The notes: generated from the letters alone by a model not told the origin. A stretch of 59,709 nt of DNA, filler included, from Globobulimina sp. (GCA_003354225.1; 11 parts of 11 records of this genome joined end to end with filler, not necessarily neighbours in it), one strand, 5' to 3'. Positions 24,701 to 38,378 are shown, numbered from the whole stretch's first letter. A program made the numbers and translations.

Positions 24701-26895
24701 TTGGTAACATTCAGTGATACAAATAGCTCATTAACATTGTCATTGTAGTCAGTGTTTACAACAACATATTTCCCAAAATGTGTGTCTACACTAACATTTC
24801 CGTCATGTAAAGTCCACACAAAAACAGCATCTCTTCCACCTAAATTTGTGGTTGATCGTGCATCCAAAATTAAATCATTACATTTTCCAATTTGAGTGGG
24901 TAGGAAAACGATAATATTTGGCATTTCAACAATATCTGGATACATTATATTTGATATCATGTCATCTTCCCATAGAATCCACATATTTGTATCTGTCATA
25001 GAATGCGAATACGAAAATGCATTCGGTTTAATAACAATGTTATCATTCAAATTAATTGTTGCTGTATTTGGTAAATCAATAATTATAATATTTGAATCAT
25101 AATAACAAACAGCATCATTATTACCAATCAATTGCAATGTTTGATTGTCAAATAAATTACAATTGTCTGCATATGCTTGATTATATTTTAATTTATAATC
25201 GTTTGCATACATCATATCAATATACACTGTAATAAATAAAAAAGATGAGGACCACACAGCAAATATATTTGGTGTTGCTGTGAGATCAACATAAGAAATG
25301 TTAGAAACAGTCAAATTTTGTTTTAATTCAATCCACGCATCAGCACTGTCTCTGGAATATAAAAACATGCTCTCTCTAATTGTATAAACTGGTATCACCG
25401 TCGTCGTATTCACTGTGACTGGTTCTGATAAATCAATTATTATCGCATTATAATTTTCATTGAAATCATACCAACATTCTGCACCAACACCAAATAAACC
25501 CACTGTAACATCATCAAATATATCTGACACATTACAATGTGTATCATTTTGTAAAGGTTTTATTGAATAATTAGCAGCATATATCATGTCAATATATACG
25601 GTAAGAAATAAAAAAGATGAGGACCATACTGCAAAAGTATTAAATTCCGCAACAATAAATGCAGTTAAACCATCGGCACATTTGCAAGTTGATTCACATT
25701 CGGTTTTACCTCTACATTGCGCATTATTTCTGTTTGTAGGATTTATGCCGTATTTACAGACATACCGTGCTGGGTTACATATGATATTCGTATCTAAACC
25801 AACCAAAAGATTGCGATCAATGCCACGGAAATCTGCCAAGCCGGAAAAATTATTATTTTCCAAGCGGACTATATCCAAATCGCGTTGAGATAGCTCACCA
25901 ATAATATTCCAATCAATAGCACCTGTAAAATTATTATTTGATAGTAATAACTGATCCAACTGATTTAAACCAGAAAATATGTCCCATTCTATATCGCCCA
26001 TAAAATTATTATTTGTGACATCAAATATGCTCAAATATGGTGGCAACGATAAATACGAGTTGTTGGATAAAGTGAGAAAACCAGAAAAGATATTATTTGC
26101 GAGTTTAATTTGTGTCAAACGCGGGCATAATGATAAAGCATCAAAATTAGGGAAAAAGCCAGCTAAATTATAATTATTTTGAACCCAAAATCTTCTCAAA
26201 TCTGGGAACTTTGAGAAAAATCCATATATCGAAGTATCCAATGAGCCATAAAATAGGTTTTCGTAGGCTTCAAAGTTTCGAATTGTTGAAGCATTGCAAT
26301 CGTTCATATGTATCGAAGTAAAATCGGATTGAAAATAATTTTGTGCGATGACCAGATCTGTTAATGCAGGCATTAAACATATCAGATTCCAATCTGAATC
26401 GGTAATGTTTCCGCTGAAATTATTGTTTTCGATATCAAGCTCAAATAAGTAATTAAGTTTGGTAACAGATGTCCAGTTCCATACGCCGTAATATCTTGCA
26501 TCTGTCGATGATTTATCTCCGCTGTTTTCTAAATCAATTTCTGTGAGATATTGAGGCCATTCATACGTTGTTTGTAGCTGTCCGCCAACCAAATCATCCT
26601 CGAGAATTATGCTCATCATCAGATTTGTGTCGTTATTGTAATTACATAAAAAATCGACATAGAAACCGGAATCTCGATACCACGGATCATCACAATATGT
26701 TTCGACGGAGAAGTTTAAATTTGCAAAGATTGGAATAGTGTTTGTCAATTTGAATATTTCACAAAACAAATAAATATCGTAATCATGCGAGTCAGAAGGA
26801 ACCGGTTGACAGCTTTGTTGAGCTGACACTGTTAATGATACATAATAATAATAAATCAAATATAAAGCAAAGCATGCAAAGCTTGCTGGGCGCAT
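21778..26895 (-). CDS. Large receptor: signal peptide - LRRs - REJ/PKD-like region - GAIN/GPS - TM helices (polycystin-1/adhesion-GPCR-like), 3' truncated
   Basis: Plant-type LRRs (LxxLxLxNNxFxG), LILDARST..LGGR and LDG..SYDPD...FNWQC REJ-like motifs, GPS CVWY...WQNDGC...CSCSHLTTFA, followed by TM segments; open over 5.1 kb. Confidence 0.88.
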
Positions 26896-27380
26896 TGTTT
26901 TGAGGAACAAAAAACGTTGAGTCTGCTAACTCAAGTCTAACGTTGATAATTTTAGGTTATTTACAAAATCTAATATATAATATTTAAAATATTTAAGGTT
27001 GATAATTATGTTATTCTTTTATGTATCAGTTATTCCATAGTGTTGAAGGTCACCATCAAGCAAAGGCCCCATTGGATCAGACCGGATATCAACATTCTTC
27101 TTTGCCATTCTTCGNNNNNNNNNNNNNNNNNNNNNNNNNNNNNNNNNNNNNNNNNNNNTTAATTAATTAANNNNNNNNNNNNNNNNNNNNNNNNNNNNNN
27201 NNNNNNNNNNNNNNTTGGTCCAGTAATATTTGGTCATATTGAAAAAGTGGTCATAGCGTCTGCATCTTATCCGATACATCACTGTACAGTAGTGTTCCCG
27301 ATAAGATATACATGTATGATCGCATAATATATAAATGGTGGACCTGTAATTTATTCTCTCAATGCCTAAAATTCTGAACC

Positions 27381-27435
27381 TCTCAACTTCTCAACTTCTC
27401 AACTTCTCAACTTCTCAACTTCTCAACTTCTCAAC
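27381..27435. repeat. Tandem repeat (TCTCAACT) x about 7
   Basis: Read directly from the sequence. Confidence 0.95.
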
Positions 27436-27666
27436 CTCCTACCGAATATATATCTTACGTTTCCAACAAACGTGAACCGAGATACTGGTACATGAGGGGG
27501 TTATCTTTTTAATATCATCGTTTAGTATTCTTGCAACCCCATCACCTTGAAAAAAAAAGTTGTAAAAACAATCCTTCGTTTTCTCAAGTGACACTGAATA
27601 AAAATAACATAATGAGTTCACCGATTACAAACTGTGTTATTATAAATGAATCTGGATACACAATAA

Positions 27667-28227
27667 AGTATTGTCCCGTCGCAGGCTTCAAGTCATATCC
27701 GGTGCTGTCCACAAAATGATACTCAAACATTATGTATTTGTAAAACCATTATCTATAAACACATTAATTACATCAATAAACATCGTACAATTTGCAGATT
27801 TGCATGTATGTATTATGTAAAGTGTAATGTTGAAATTGCATGATAATTTTCTCTATTTTTGTAATACATCTATGCAGTTTCGTGCTGTCGCATTTGTTGT
27901 GAGATATTTTCATCACAGAAAGAATTAACTCAACATCAAATCATTAAACATGACAGTTATAAGTTGAACAAAAATAAAAAATACAATAAACGTCATTTAA
28001 TAATGCATAAAAAATCAACATTAAAAAAACATATCAATTGCAAATATGTACATCCATTTATTTGTAAAAGATGCAATAAAACATTTTCAAGAAAAGAATC
28101 ACTGCAAAGACATATACTGACTCATTTAAAAAGAAATTGGAGGCAATTAATTTATTGCAATCAATGCAATGTTTCATTTATCTCCATCTCAAATTGTAAT
28201 AGACATAAAAAAATGTTACATAATTAA
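27667..28227 (+). CDS. C2H2 zinc-finger protein (start uncertain)
   Basis: Fingers CRIC..F..QKELTQHQIIKH, CKRCNKTFSRKESLQRHILTH and CNQC..F...NCNRHKKMLH; intron 27806-27877 links an upstream exon in frame. Confidence 0.75.
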
Positions 28228-28258
28228 TTATTGACAATTTTAAAATAAAAAATAAAAA

Positions 28259-31200
28259 TTAAACACAGTATTTGTGTGACTCTTGATCTGTTTTTTCAAA
28301 TTTATTTAAGTGTTTGTCTCTATCTCGAACATGATACATAATGCCGGGGATCAATACTTGTCCCAAGACCCACGAATTATTTTTAGTTAGCTGGATTTTT
28401 TTATATCGCAAACACAAATTTGCAAATTGCTTAAATGCCGCATCAATATATGCCCGATATTTGGCCGAAATCTCTTTTCTTTTTGTTTTAATTTGTGCAA
28501 TTTGCAAATTTAAAAGTTCAACCAAATGACAGTCATTCTCGATTTTCGAAACTATTTTCATATCACAAACAAAAGAATGCAAATGGTTCATCTCTTGTTT
28601 CTCGTCTTTGTCGCTGATCGATTCATAAATTATCTTTTTATTCGTCACAATATCAAGTAAATAGAAATTGCAATTCTCTGCTTTGACATTATTATCCTTG
28701 CTATTCTTATTATTCTTATTATTGCTCAAAATTAAATGGGTCATATTATCAAACAACACATAGCATCGATGTGCTGCTGAAATTATATCTTGCTCAATTT
28801 TAACATTTGTAATACATTTTTTTCTTCGTTTTTCATCAAAATATCCACTTCTATTTATACAGTACAATAACACCATAAAATAATATTTTCGCACCAATCG
28901 GTTCCAATGACACGACAGTTTCAGAAAGTACTGACCGATTAATAATTGTTTGAACATTTTCTTTCGAAATGACTCTTTAAATAAACGCGAATGATGCAAT
29001 ATAAAGGATAAAAATACACAAATTATTTGCCATTCTTCTTGGGATAATATATATTGCGCCGCTGCATAAAAATCGATATAACAAAAAGAATCTGGCAACA
29101 AACCAAAAGAAGGACACTTACTATTTACAATCCATTCGCGTAAATAGCGAAAACATGAAAAAACCTGCCTTGGATACATAGCGTCTGTGGCTGCTATCAA
29201 TGCTTTGCCAAAGCGGCCGATACAATGTCGCATCTCGCTGCTGCTGCTCATTAACGACGATATGAAATCGAGTATTTTGCTGTTATTGCTATTCCAGATT
29301 ATTGCTTCCACCAACAAGCGCTCGATGCGCCGAAACCCGCCGACTTTCTTCCAATACATCACATCGTGGCGGTTATAATTGGCGATCGAGCAAATCACAA
29401 ATCGCATTATAAATTGCCAATTCTGCCGGATGTATTGCTTCTGTTTGTTTGTCGTGATTTGGATTTTATCATTTTTATCAATATCCGGCGGGGCAAACCA
29501 TTGCCAGGCTCGCGGGTTAATCGACGCATTATTTGCATTATAAAATGGATCACGGGCTAAAATTTTAAAATTATTGTCTTGATTTGCAATATTTGCAACA
29601 TAGTTTTCTTGCCATGTATGTGGTACAAATCGTTTTTCGCTGACTTGATTTGGACAATTATTTACTAAAAATTCATTTATGCTGCATTTTGGTGTTACGA
29701 ATCATGGAAAGGCCAATTATTTCTTTACAAAACATATCTTCTTCGTCGCTTAATCCTTTTTTTTCTTCTTGTTGCTGCTGAACAATATTTAATGATATTT
29801 CTAAGCTCCGTAGAAATAATTTGTAATATAGTTTCATAATTCGCTCCCATTGAAAGGTAGTGAATGCTTTGTCATTTTGCCAATGTTGAATGTGCGACAA
29901 ATCAAACTCAAATCTATTGCATAATTTACATATTATGGACAATAAAGTGTGCCCAAATGAGATATTCTGACTCGCCTTTTTTGCATAGCAATCCAAGCAT
30001 TTCTTCCATATATTTAACAGTACACTGGCTATATGCTCGCGGATTGCATTGGCTTTGTTTGCTTTCTCTTCTTTTTTTGTTGAAAAGTAGTTATATTCAC
30101 TCAGGTTTTTCTTGTTGCTCTTAATGCTTTGACGAAACTCTGATGTATCAATGTTGCAATTTGTAATACATTTTAACTTATTGGCGATGTCGTCAGTCCA
30201 TGCAAGAATTTTCAAATTCGTTGGTAAGGCAGGTTTTGGTAATACGAGATATTTATTGTTGTTGTTGTCATTGCGCATTGCTGTAATAATAAAACAAGGA
30301 CTGGTCAGAAATTGTGGGTTTTCATCCGCTCGCAAACTATGTCGGTTTTGGCCATACCCAATTAAATCAGGCATCGATCGTCTATGTTTGAGAGGAGGCG
30401 GAGCCGAATATGTATTATTATTAATTGCCACATATAAATATCCCTTATGGGTCGCTAATAAATGCATAATATTTATATTTGCGCTGCCAACGGCAACCCC
30501 ATTATTTATGTCATCATTTAATAACAATTCAATTTTTAGATTGTTGTCTTTGGTGGGATAATAATTAAATAATAAGGTCTTGCTAAAACGTGGATGTTTA
30601 TGATCAATCACAAAATCCGTAATCATAATTGTAGTCAGATGCGCATAATACTCGCTATGTACATTTCGACGCGATATTTTTAATAAACATCCATTATATT
30701 CATCCTCTTCAATGGCTATATTTCTAGCACTAAATCTTAACTCTAATACGTGATGACAATCAAATGACAATTTGCTATCACCCATTTTCCACAGATTTAC
30801 ATTGTATTTCTTTATTTGATTGATTTGCAAAAAGGAAAATAATAATTGACTATTATTTATCTCTTTCATTTTTAATATGGATTGCAAATAGTTATTAAAA
30901 TATACCTTTCTCTCTAATATAAATTTGCAAGACATTGTGTTTAATATTCTTGTGCGTGTCGGCAATGTCGGCAATTTGAGATGTTTGTATTTGTGCTGTT
31001 GTTTTAAGGATGTATTAAAATCATAGAAATCTTTAACTCGTTTATATAAAACATATTCTTCGTTTTCAAATCGGACTTGAATTTCATACTCGACATAATC
31101 ACAATATTTGCGCGCAGATAAAACCTCACACTCAATCTCGTAGTCACTTTTATCACTTTTAATGTCACTCTGACTCTGACTATGACTCTCACTCTGACTC

Positions 31201-32253
31201 TGACTCTCACTCTCACTCTGACTCTGAGCATGACTCTGACTCTGAGCATGACTCTGAGCCTCAGTTTGTCGCTTTATTATGGTGGACATAAATCTTTTGG
31301 TCGCATCTAAAACGGAGGAATTCCTCTTGGTTTTGGCGGTGGTCTCAATCGACTCGGTCTCGGGTAAAATTATTAACTTACTGTGGTGTATCGGTGAGGT
31401 CGGCGTTGGCGACGTTGGGAAATCCATAGATTTATTTTGTTGCCGTCTCGCCGACGGTACACTGCTCGGACGGGACAGCTTTATATCTGAATCCGTGTCA
31501 GTCTCTACATTTTCATATATGTCCGCCATTGATTTATTTATAAAAGAGATTGTATGCCGACTATTGCGCGATGCTCCATTGTCATAGAACTCATCCTGTC
31601 ATAAAAGAAAATAAAAGAAAATAAAATATAAATATAAAACAATCCGCAAAATCGCACATACGTTATGTGTCTGTGTCGGTGTCGGTGTCGGTGTATTATG
31701 TGTATGGCTATGGGTATATTTATTGCTTCCTTTAGTGAAATATTTTCGATTTGGTTTCTCGTAAATATTTACTTCGCTGTCGGAGACCGCAGAGTCATTC
31801 TCGAGACTGGCAATATTTGTCACCTCTTTGACTTTGACTGAACTCGACCGCGACCTGCAGCTGCTATTATTTTCTCGATCATTTTGAGTCTGAGATATCG
31901 ATTTTGTTGATTTGAACTTGTGTTTACGTCTATTCGTTGTTGATGACTCCAGATGCAATGTTTTAGAACGTTGTAATAGTTTTTTTTTCCCTTTTAAAGC
32001 AATATTACTATTAATATTACCTTCTGATACTGATATTGTATCACACTTTGTATTTAATGTCGGGTGGATCTTTGTGTGTGATTGCTTTTTTCGAGGTCGT
32101 TTTTTCTCAAATTTTTGCTTAAATCGAGCATTCAGCCTTTTTTGTACATTGTTTTGTTGATTCTGTCTCCTTGTTTTGTTCTGTTATTAAATATAAAAGT
32201 ATATTAATGTTAGTTTATCGATCCTTGTTTTGGATAACCTGTTGAGTTGACAT
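28259..32253 (-). CDS. Large PX-domain protein with C2-like domain and helical C-terminal region (DUF1765-like)
   Basis: PX motif YVEYEIQV..KRVKDFYDF..L...LPTLP..ERK...YLQ. C2-like HPRFSKT...LKIEL..VGSA. C-terminal HWNRLVRKYY..L. Introns 32181-32238 and 31596-31661; a frame change near 29644-29698 is either an intron or a frameshift. Confidence 0.75.
31165..31260. repeat. Imperfect ACTCTG hexamer repeat encoding an (SQ/SE)n tract
   Basis: Lies inside the PX gene; translates as QSHAQSQSESESQSQ. Confidence 0.85.
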
Positions 32254-32651
32254 GTTTCATTAGAGCTTTTTAGCAACGCAGTTTTATTTCATCTCACCAC
32301 TGAACAACAACACATAGTTTTACCGCATCGTTTTTGTTTGTGTTATGTTTTGTTTTGTTTGGGTTATGTTTTGTGAGTCTTAAAAACCAACCCTGACCTT
32401 AGTAATATTTATTTATGGTACTATAATATGGATAGAAAATGGCAAACTGAATGCAGAATATCACTGCTTATGCCTTGATCAATGACTCAGACTGGGTGAC
32501 ATTTATGATTTATAATGGAACTGAATTGGAGCTATAATTAAATATATTTTANNNNNNNNNNNNNNNNNNNNNNNNNNNNNNNNNNNNNNNNNNNNTTAAT
32601 TAATTAANNNNNNNNNNNNNNNNNNNNNNNNNNNNNNNNNNNNNNNNNNNN

Positions 32652-33056
32652 CTTGCAGCTGGTAAACCTGTAAATAATTATAATTTATATATATTAATAC
32701 ATGCGAATTTGCGTTTATTTGTTTTTGTTTTTGTAACTTGGAAGTACATCAAATTGTAATTTTTTGCCACTGCCAAATGATAATGGTGCAAACATTGGCA
32801 TTTGTTGAATACTTTGAATATTTTGAATATTTTTGGATCCAATACTGGGTGGACCCGAAATATCCGCTAAACCAAATGCATCGACCATTACTGAACCACC
32901 ATTATTATTACCTCTATATACATCTTTTTGAATCGCACCCAATGCTACGGGCGCTGCACCCAAGTCACCTAAACCATAAATATCATTGTTATTGTTATTT
33001 TTTGGCTGTTCGTTATTTAAGCCATTTCCTTTATAAATTTGATTATTGTTATTCAT
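32652..33056 (-). CDS. 5' part of an unknown Asn/Gly-rich protein, truncated at the contig edge
   Basis: ATG at 33056; a plausible GT-AG intron near 32670-32737 continues the frame (LPS|LPAA) off the contig. Confidence 0.45.
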
Positions 33057-33249
33057 TATTTGACGTCTTTTGTCGTACACGTTTTTAAAAGAAATCCAAA
33101 TTTAAGATAATAAGGACTTTAATTTGGAATTTAAAATGTGATAAACCACAGCTAGGCTTAATTGAGTTACTTTAAAATTTCGGGAAAATCTCTAATCAAA
33201 ACCGCAGGTTAAAAGTTCGGGAAAATTATCAATTGACGATGTGTAAAAG

Positions 33250-35287
33250 TTATATAATTGCGATAGTCGATACACGTTGATATGTTTTATCACCATATAT
33301 TCGTCTGTTTCTTGTTTTTTTCTTGTAATATATAAAGATAATTATTCCAATTGCAATACAACATAAAAAGAATGAAGTTATTCCATAATAGTTATCCTTG
33401 TGTTGATTTTGATTTTGATTTTCATTTGGAATCTCTTGCTGAGAATATTGAGTTTTAATCTCTGTCTCATTATCATTATAAATAAAATAAATATTAATAT
33501 TAATTTTTGTGACTGCGTACCACCATTTACTGGCTTTAACATAATATTTATTATTTGTCATATTCCATTCGGATCCATTCATATTTCTTGCATTTACAAC
33601 ATGTGATTGAGGTTTAATTCCTTCTGGATATGTTTTAATAATTTGATAAGTATTTAAATCTCTGTTATTCCTCCATTGATCATCAACTTTTACTTTAATA
33701 CTAAACCAAATCGGACAATAAATGTTATTTTCTTTTGTAATAAAATTATTTGTATCTTGACATTTCTGTACAATTTGTTTCATTAATTCTGTAGTTAGTT
33801 TTGTTTCAATGTCAATTGTAAATCGAAACTGACCAAACCTTTTATCATTTCCATTAGTTTTCCTTTTTAAATCTAAATTTTTCCTCCACATTGGATTTTT
33901 TTTGAATTTTAACAGTTGCCATTTTATATTATTATTATTTTCTGTATTTTGTGAGTTTTTCATTGCAAACAACAAATCATATTCATACAGTGATATTGCA
34001 CCAGAAACAAACCAATTAATTATTTTTATTTTTTGTTTGTAGCGTATGTGTTTAGTTCCGTCCATAAATGTATTCTTAATCGGATGGTATGGAATAATAT
34101 TTGGATATTTGTTGATCATCACATAGGGCATACCACAATTGATTAAAAACATTGATATTCGAATATTCCGTGCAATGTGCCCATCATATTCATAATTATC
34201 AATATTCCAGATATCGTTCCAATTATTTTTAATACCGCCCCAATTATCATTTGGTATTTTTTTATCCGAGGCCTCAATTAAAAAATTGAATGAACGCAAC
34301 ATTGCATTGTTATAAATTGTTTTATTTTTGGCATACTTACTATATGAATTTGGTGTGCATTGAATGACATTATTTTTATCCCACGAACCAGCATAGGCCC
34401 AATCTTCCATTCCGCCGCTTACTGGATACACCACACCGTTTAATGTACCAATGGGATAATAATACCCTTTATTACGGCTATGACCACCCAATATTTGCAT
34501 ATTTGTTGCAATCTGTAATTGTGCAATATGATCAGGTGAAAAATCTTTTGGTTTATTATGATTTGGGGTGCCCCATTCATATGAAATTGCTCTCATGCCG
34601 CCATGGAATGTAATGGCTAATTGGACTAAATACTCTCGAAATATTTCATTTACTATGCGCGCTGTCAGTGTTTTCATACAATTTAATGGATTGCCAATCA
34701 TAAATGGAAAGTCACGGTTTGGATCTAAGTGTTGTGTTTCTGTTCGGGTTGATAATGAATAACCGATTGCATTTGTCATTGGTGTTAATATTATGACACG
34801 ATTATTAATTAAATAATTTATCCATACATTTTTATTTTCATTTTTATATTCAAACAATAAATAATCGCATAGTTCGATTAAAGTGCTTGGTCCAACTTGT
34901 TCATTTCCATGCAATGCACCGCTAAAAAAGATGTGCGGTCGCCATAAATTATTGTTCCATGTCTTATGATTGGTAATTATTATTATATGATGTTGACATG
35001 ACCCATATCTCTCCGAACATTTAATATTCTCATTTTCAAAATAAATATTATATTTTTCTTTTGCGGTATACACTTTAAATATGTCTGCGTATTTTGATTT
35101 CCATTGTTCCAATTTTAGTACAATTTCATCATAACTATAGGCATAGAAATTTCTGCTCTCAGCTTTTCATTTCACAAAGCAATGCACAGAAAGGAATAAG
35201 TCGTTCACTCACAAACTGAATAAATAAACAAATGTAACTGTTGATGAGTTGAAATATGAGGCATACAATAATAAACACAGTGCGCAT
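33250..35287 (-). CDS. M14 zinc carboxypeptidase, type I membrane protein
   Basis: HGNE, DPNRDF, TFHGG, SGGMEDW and a catalytic Glu in FLIE; C-terminal TM. Signal-peptide exon MRTVFIIVCLIFQLIN is joined by intron 35163-35238. Confidence 0.92.
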
Positions 35288-35327
35288 TACTAAGCTAAAA
35301 AAACTAAAGTCAAGTTAAGCTATAGTG

Positions 35328-36173
35328 ATGGCAGAAGAACAAATTAAGGATACACAAAGTGATCCATTACCACCATTGGAGAGTATTTATTTACTAATGG
35401 TCCAAGTATTAGGAGCGACAGGTTTAGAAGCAGCAGATTTTACCGGTTCATCAGATCCATATTGTAAAGTAATTGCAAATAAACAGTCATGGCGAACTAA
35501 AACAATTTCTAAAAATACAAATCCTAAATGGAATGAAGAGACACAATTTGTATTTTTTGATGGTGTGGAAGATATACAGTTTGAGGTTTACGACGAAGAC
35601 AGCAAATCAAAAAACGACATGCTCGGCGTTGCCAGATTAGAAACAAAAGATTTTTATAATGAATATAATAACGGTTTAAATGGTTCCATTCCTTTACAGA
35701 AATGTAAAAAAGGCGCCAAGCTCCAGGTTAAAGTGAATGGCCGTTTAATTAAGCCATTAGAGTTGGAAAAAAGATGTGTTTCATTAGAAAGTGAGTGTAA
35801 ACAGCAAGAAGGCGAAATTGCTGCGAAAAAAGAAACCATTTCTGATTTAATGAAAAAAAATGGACAATTTGCTGAAAACAAAAATAAATTAAAGCAGAAT
35901 CATCAAGAATTGGATTATCAATTATCACAAATTAAAAATGAGATTAAGCGGTGTAAAGATCAAAATAGGGCAAAAGAAGCGAAAATTAATAAATTAAAAC
36001 AAAAAAAAAAAGAATATGAGAATAAGAATAATAAAAAAGAAAAAGAAATTGAGAGTAAAAGAGTAGAAATAGAACAGGAAGAAGGCAGATTAAAAGAAGC
36101 TCAACAGCAATATCAAAGTTTACAAAAAGAAGTAAATGAGAAAAGAGAACAATTGAATCAAGCTTCATATTGA
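35328..36173 (+). CDS. C2-domain + coiled-coil protein
   Basis: LEAADFTGSSDPYC..RTKTI...NPKWNE..VYDED...DMLG (Ca-binding Asp residues present), then a long coiled coil. Confidence 0.92.
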   Translation: MAEEQIKDTQSDPLPPLESIYLLMVQVLGATGLEAADFTGSSDPYCKVIANKQSWRTKTISKNTNPKWNEETQFVFFDGVEDIQFEVYDEDSKSKNDMLGVARLETKDFYNEYNNGLNGSIPLQKCKKGAKLQVKVNGRLIKPLELEKRCVSLESECKQQEGEIAAKKETISDLMKKNGQFAENKNKLKQNHQELDYQLSQIKNEIKRCKDQNRAKEAKINKLKQKKKEYENKNNKKEKEIESKRVEIEQEEGRLKEAQQQYQSLQKEVNEKREQLNQASY

Positions 36174-36293
36174 TAGATAGATAGAATAATGATTATTAAT
36201 TTTCCTTTATATTATGTAATTAAATAAGTATAGAGTGTATTTTATGATGCTTAACAAACAGCAGTCCGTTTTTTTGTAACTATAACTTGAGCA

Positions 36294-37853
36294 ATGAATG
36301 GTAACTATAACAGTTTAATTACTGCTAAAAATGTAGGAATTGTTACAATTTTATGTGCAGCCACAGCCACATTGATTATTTTAAACCAGCCATCATCAAA
36401 AAGAAAATTAAAAAAAAAGAAACAAAACAAATTGAGTGTTGCATTAAGCCCTCAAACACTGAGTGATATACAACACGATTTAGAAAGCAGAAGACAGAAA
36501 ATCTTAAATGAATTTGAACAATCAAATCATAAAAAAATCCCAAAAGAAATGGATTTGGCAATGGATTATATTGTGAATGATATAAATACGCCCTCATTAT
36601 ACCCACCATCGCTACGCTTATTAGCATCACAATTGATTCAAGACTATGCTATAATGTATACAAATATTTATGCCACAGAGCCATCTCCGAAAATAATAGC
36701 GCTGGCAAAGGATTGGTTAAATTTTAGTTCTTGTCACGCCGACAAAGAAACCGGTACAATGAGCATAAATATAGCACTGCAAATTGAACAAATAAACCAT
36801 AGATATGCCTTGGCATTACGCAGCAAATCGATCAAAGAGTTTAAATTATTATACAATTGGCTACAAAGCATAAATATAAACATTCGAACCAAACAGTCCA
36901 TAAAACAGAACTGGATTTTACGTAATTTTCAATGTTGCTGTTTATTGGGCAAATGGAACAAAGTCAAACTATATGGCAAAGAATTAGAAAATGTCAAACC
37001 CGAATCATTGTCATCCAATAATAATAATAATGATAACGGCAATAATAATAATAAGAGCACCACACCATTACATCCACTCCATTTGTTTGAATATATTGCA
37101 CTTAAATTACCGAATCAATCTGCAAACTTTACACAGGTTTATTATAATGTCGATAGTTATATTTCTAAATTTGATCCAATGTTGGCACCGCCTTTATGTT
37201 TCACGGAATGGCAAATTAAAAATTGTAAAACAATCATTAGGTTTGGTTTTAGTACAAACAAAAAAAGACACGAAGAATTATCGCAGCAAATTAAGAAAGC
37301 TGCCTCAAATTTATACAATGCCAACAATAATTCCAACCCATTGAAATTCATGTTTGTTTATGGCTGTTTGGTGCAATTCCCCTGTTTTTGGGTGCAATTA
37401 CCGGCGTCCAACACAAAGATGCAACCCGTCGTATTGACCGGACCCTATAATGATTCTGAAATGGAGTTAACTGCCTCGTATATTCGAAGAGTACCTCAGG
37501 ACAATATAAAAAATAAAAAGTTGATTCGTGTGGTTCGAAGTGATTTGCGATTGAAATTAGACAGAGGTAAACCATTTAATTTGAGTCAATTGAATGGTGA
37601 TGAAAAAAATAATGAGAATATGAATATTGAGGAGAATAATAATGTTAATGAAGGAATGGGACATCGGAAAACAAAGAAATGGAGTGGATGGAATTGGAGC
37701 GGTACATTTGAACACGAAGAAGGTTTATTAGAATGTAATGAATCTGATTCAAATAATTTTAAATTTCGAAGAAATGTAGATTGGAAATTAAATGCATTAA
37801 AATTTACATGCAGAGCATGGGATTGTCATATGGTTATAAGTACTCCTGATTAA
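36294..37853 (+). CDS. Hypothetical protein with N-terminal signal-anchor followed by a basic cluster
   Basis: 519-aa ORF; VGIVTILCAATATLIIL followed by KRKLKKKK. Confidence 0.7.
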   Translation: MNGNYNSLITAKNVGIVTILCAATATLIILNQPSSKRKLKKKKQNKLSVALSPQTLSDIQHDLESRRQKILNEFEQSNHKKIPKEMDLAMDYIVNDINTPSLYPPSLRLLASQLIQDYAIMYTNIYATEPSPKIIALAKDWLNFSSCHADKETGTMSINIALQIEQINHRYALALRSKSIKEFKLLYNWLQSININIRTKQSIKQNWILRNFQCCCLLGKWNKVKLYGKELENVKPESLSSNNNNNDNGNNNNKSTTPLHPLHLFEYIALKLPNQSANFTQVYYNVDSYISKFDPMLAPPLCFTEWQIKNCKTIIRFGFSTNKKRHEELSQQIKKAASNLYNANNNSNPLKFMFVYGCLVQFPCFWVQLPASNTKMQPVVLTGPYNDSEMELTASYIRRVPQDNIKNKKLIRVVRSDLRLKLDRGKPFNLSQLNGDEKNNENMNIEENNNVNEGMGHRKTKKWSGWNWSGTFEHEEGLLECNESDSNNFKFRRNVDWKLNALKFTCRAWDCHMVISTPD

Positions 37854-38378
37854 AACTTAAAAGTCCATGTAAATCAATATATATATATAGTCATATAGTC
37901 AGTATTCATTAATATAATTAATATAATTGATTTGTTGGTTGTTTTGTTTTGTTGTTTTTGTTGTCTCTTTCTTTTCATCATCAGCNNNNNNNNNNNNNNN
38001 NNNNNNNNNNNNNNNNNNNNNNNNNNNNNTTAATTAATTAANNNNNNNNNNNNNNNNNNNNNNNNNNNNNNNNNNNNNNNNNNNNACATCTTTGTGCAAG
38101 AGCCGTATTCATTTAATATCTCAAATCTGTCCCTCCAATTTTGCCGTTTTATTCTCCATTTTCTTTGTTCGTGTTGTAAATCAAATTGGGGGACTGTTTG
38201 TGACGGCCATTTGTATTGTTTTTGTTTGATATATTTGCTGCATAAAAGCATAACATACCACCAAATACATTCCACCAATGGCGCGATGTAACTTTTTAGT
38301 TAATTTAATTTTAAATACTTGAGTTTTTTAATTAAAAAAAAACCATTTTCTCACAGCATCATTTCGACGTAGTTAGCA

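Noticed and set aside
27381-27435. 8-nt tandem repeat as a telomere or CRISPR array
   Set aside because: Internal, only ~7 units, no spacers and no cas genes; an ordinary minisatellite.
31004-31249. ORF with (RV)n repeats
   Set aside because: Alternative frame of the SQ-coding hexamer repeat inside the PX gene.
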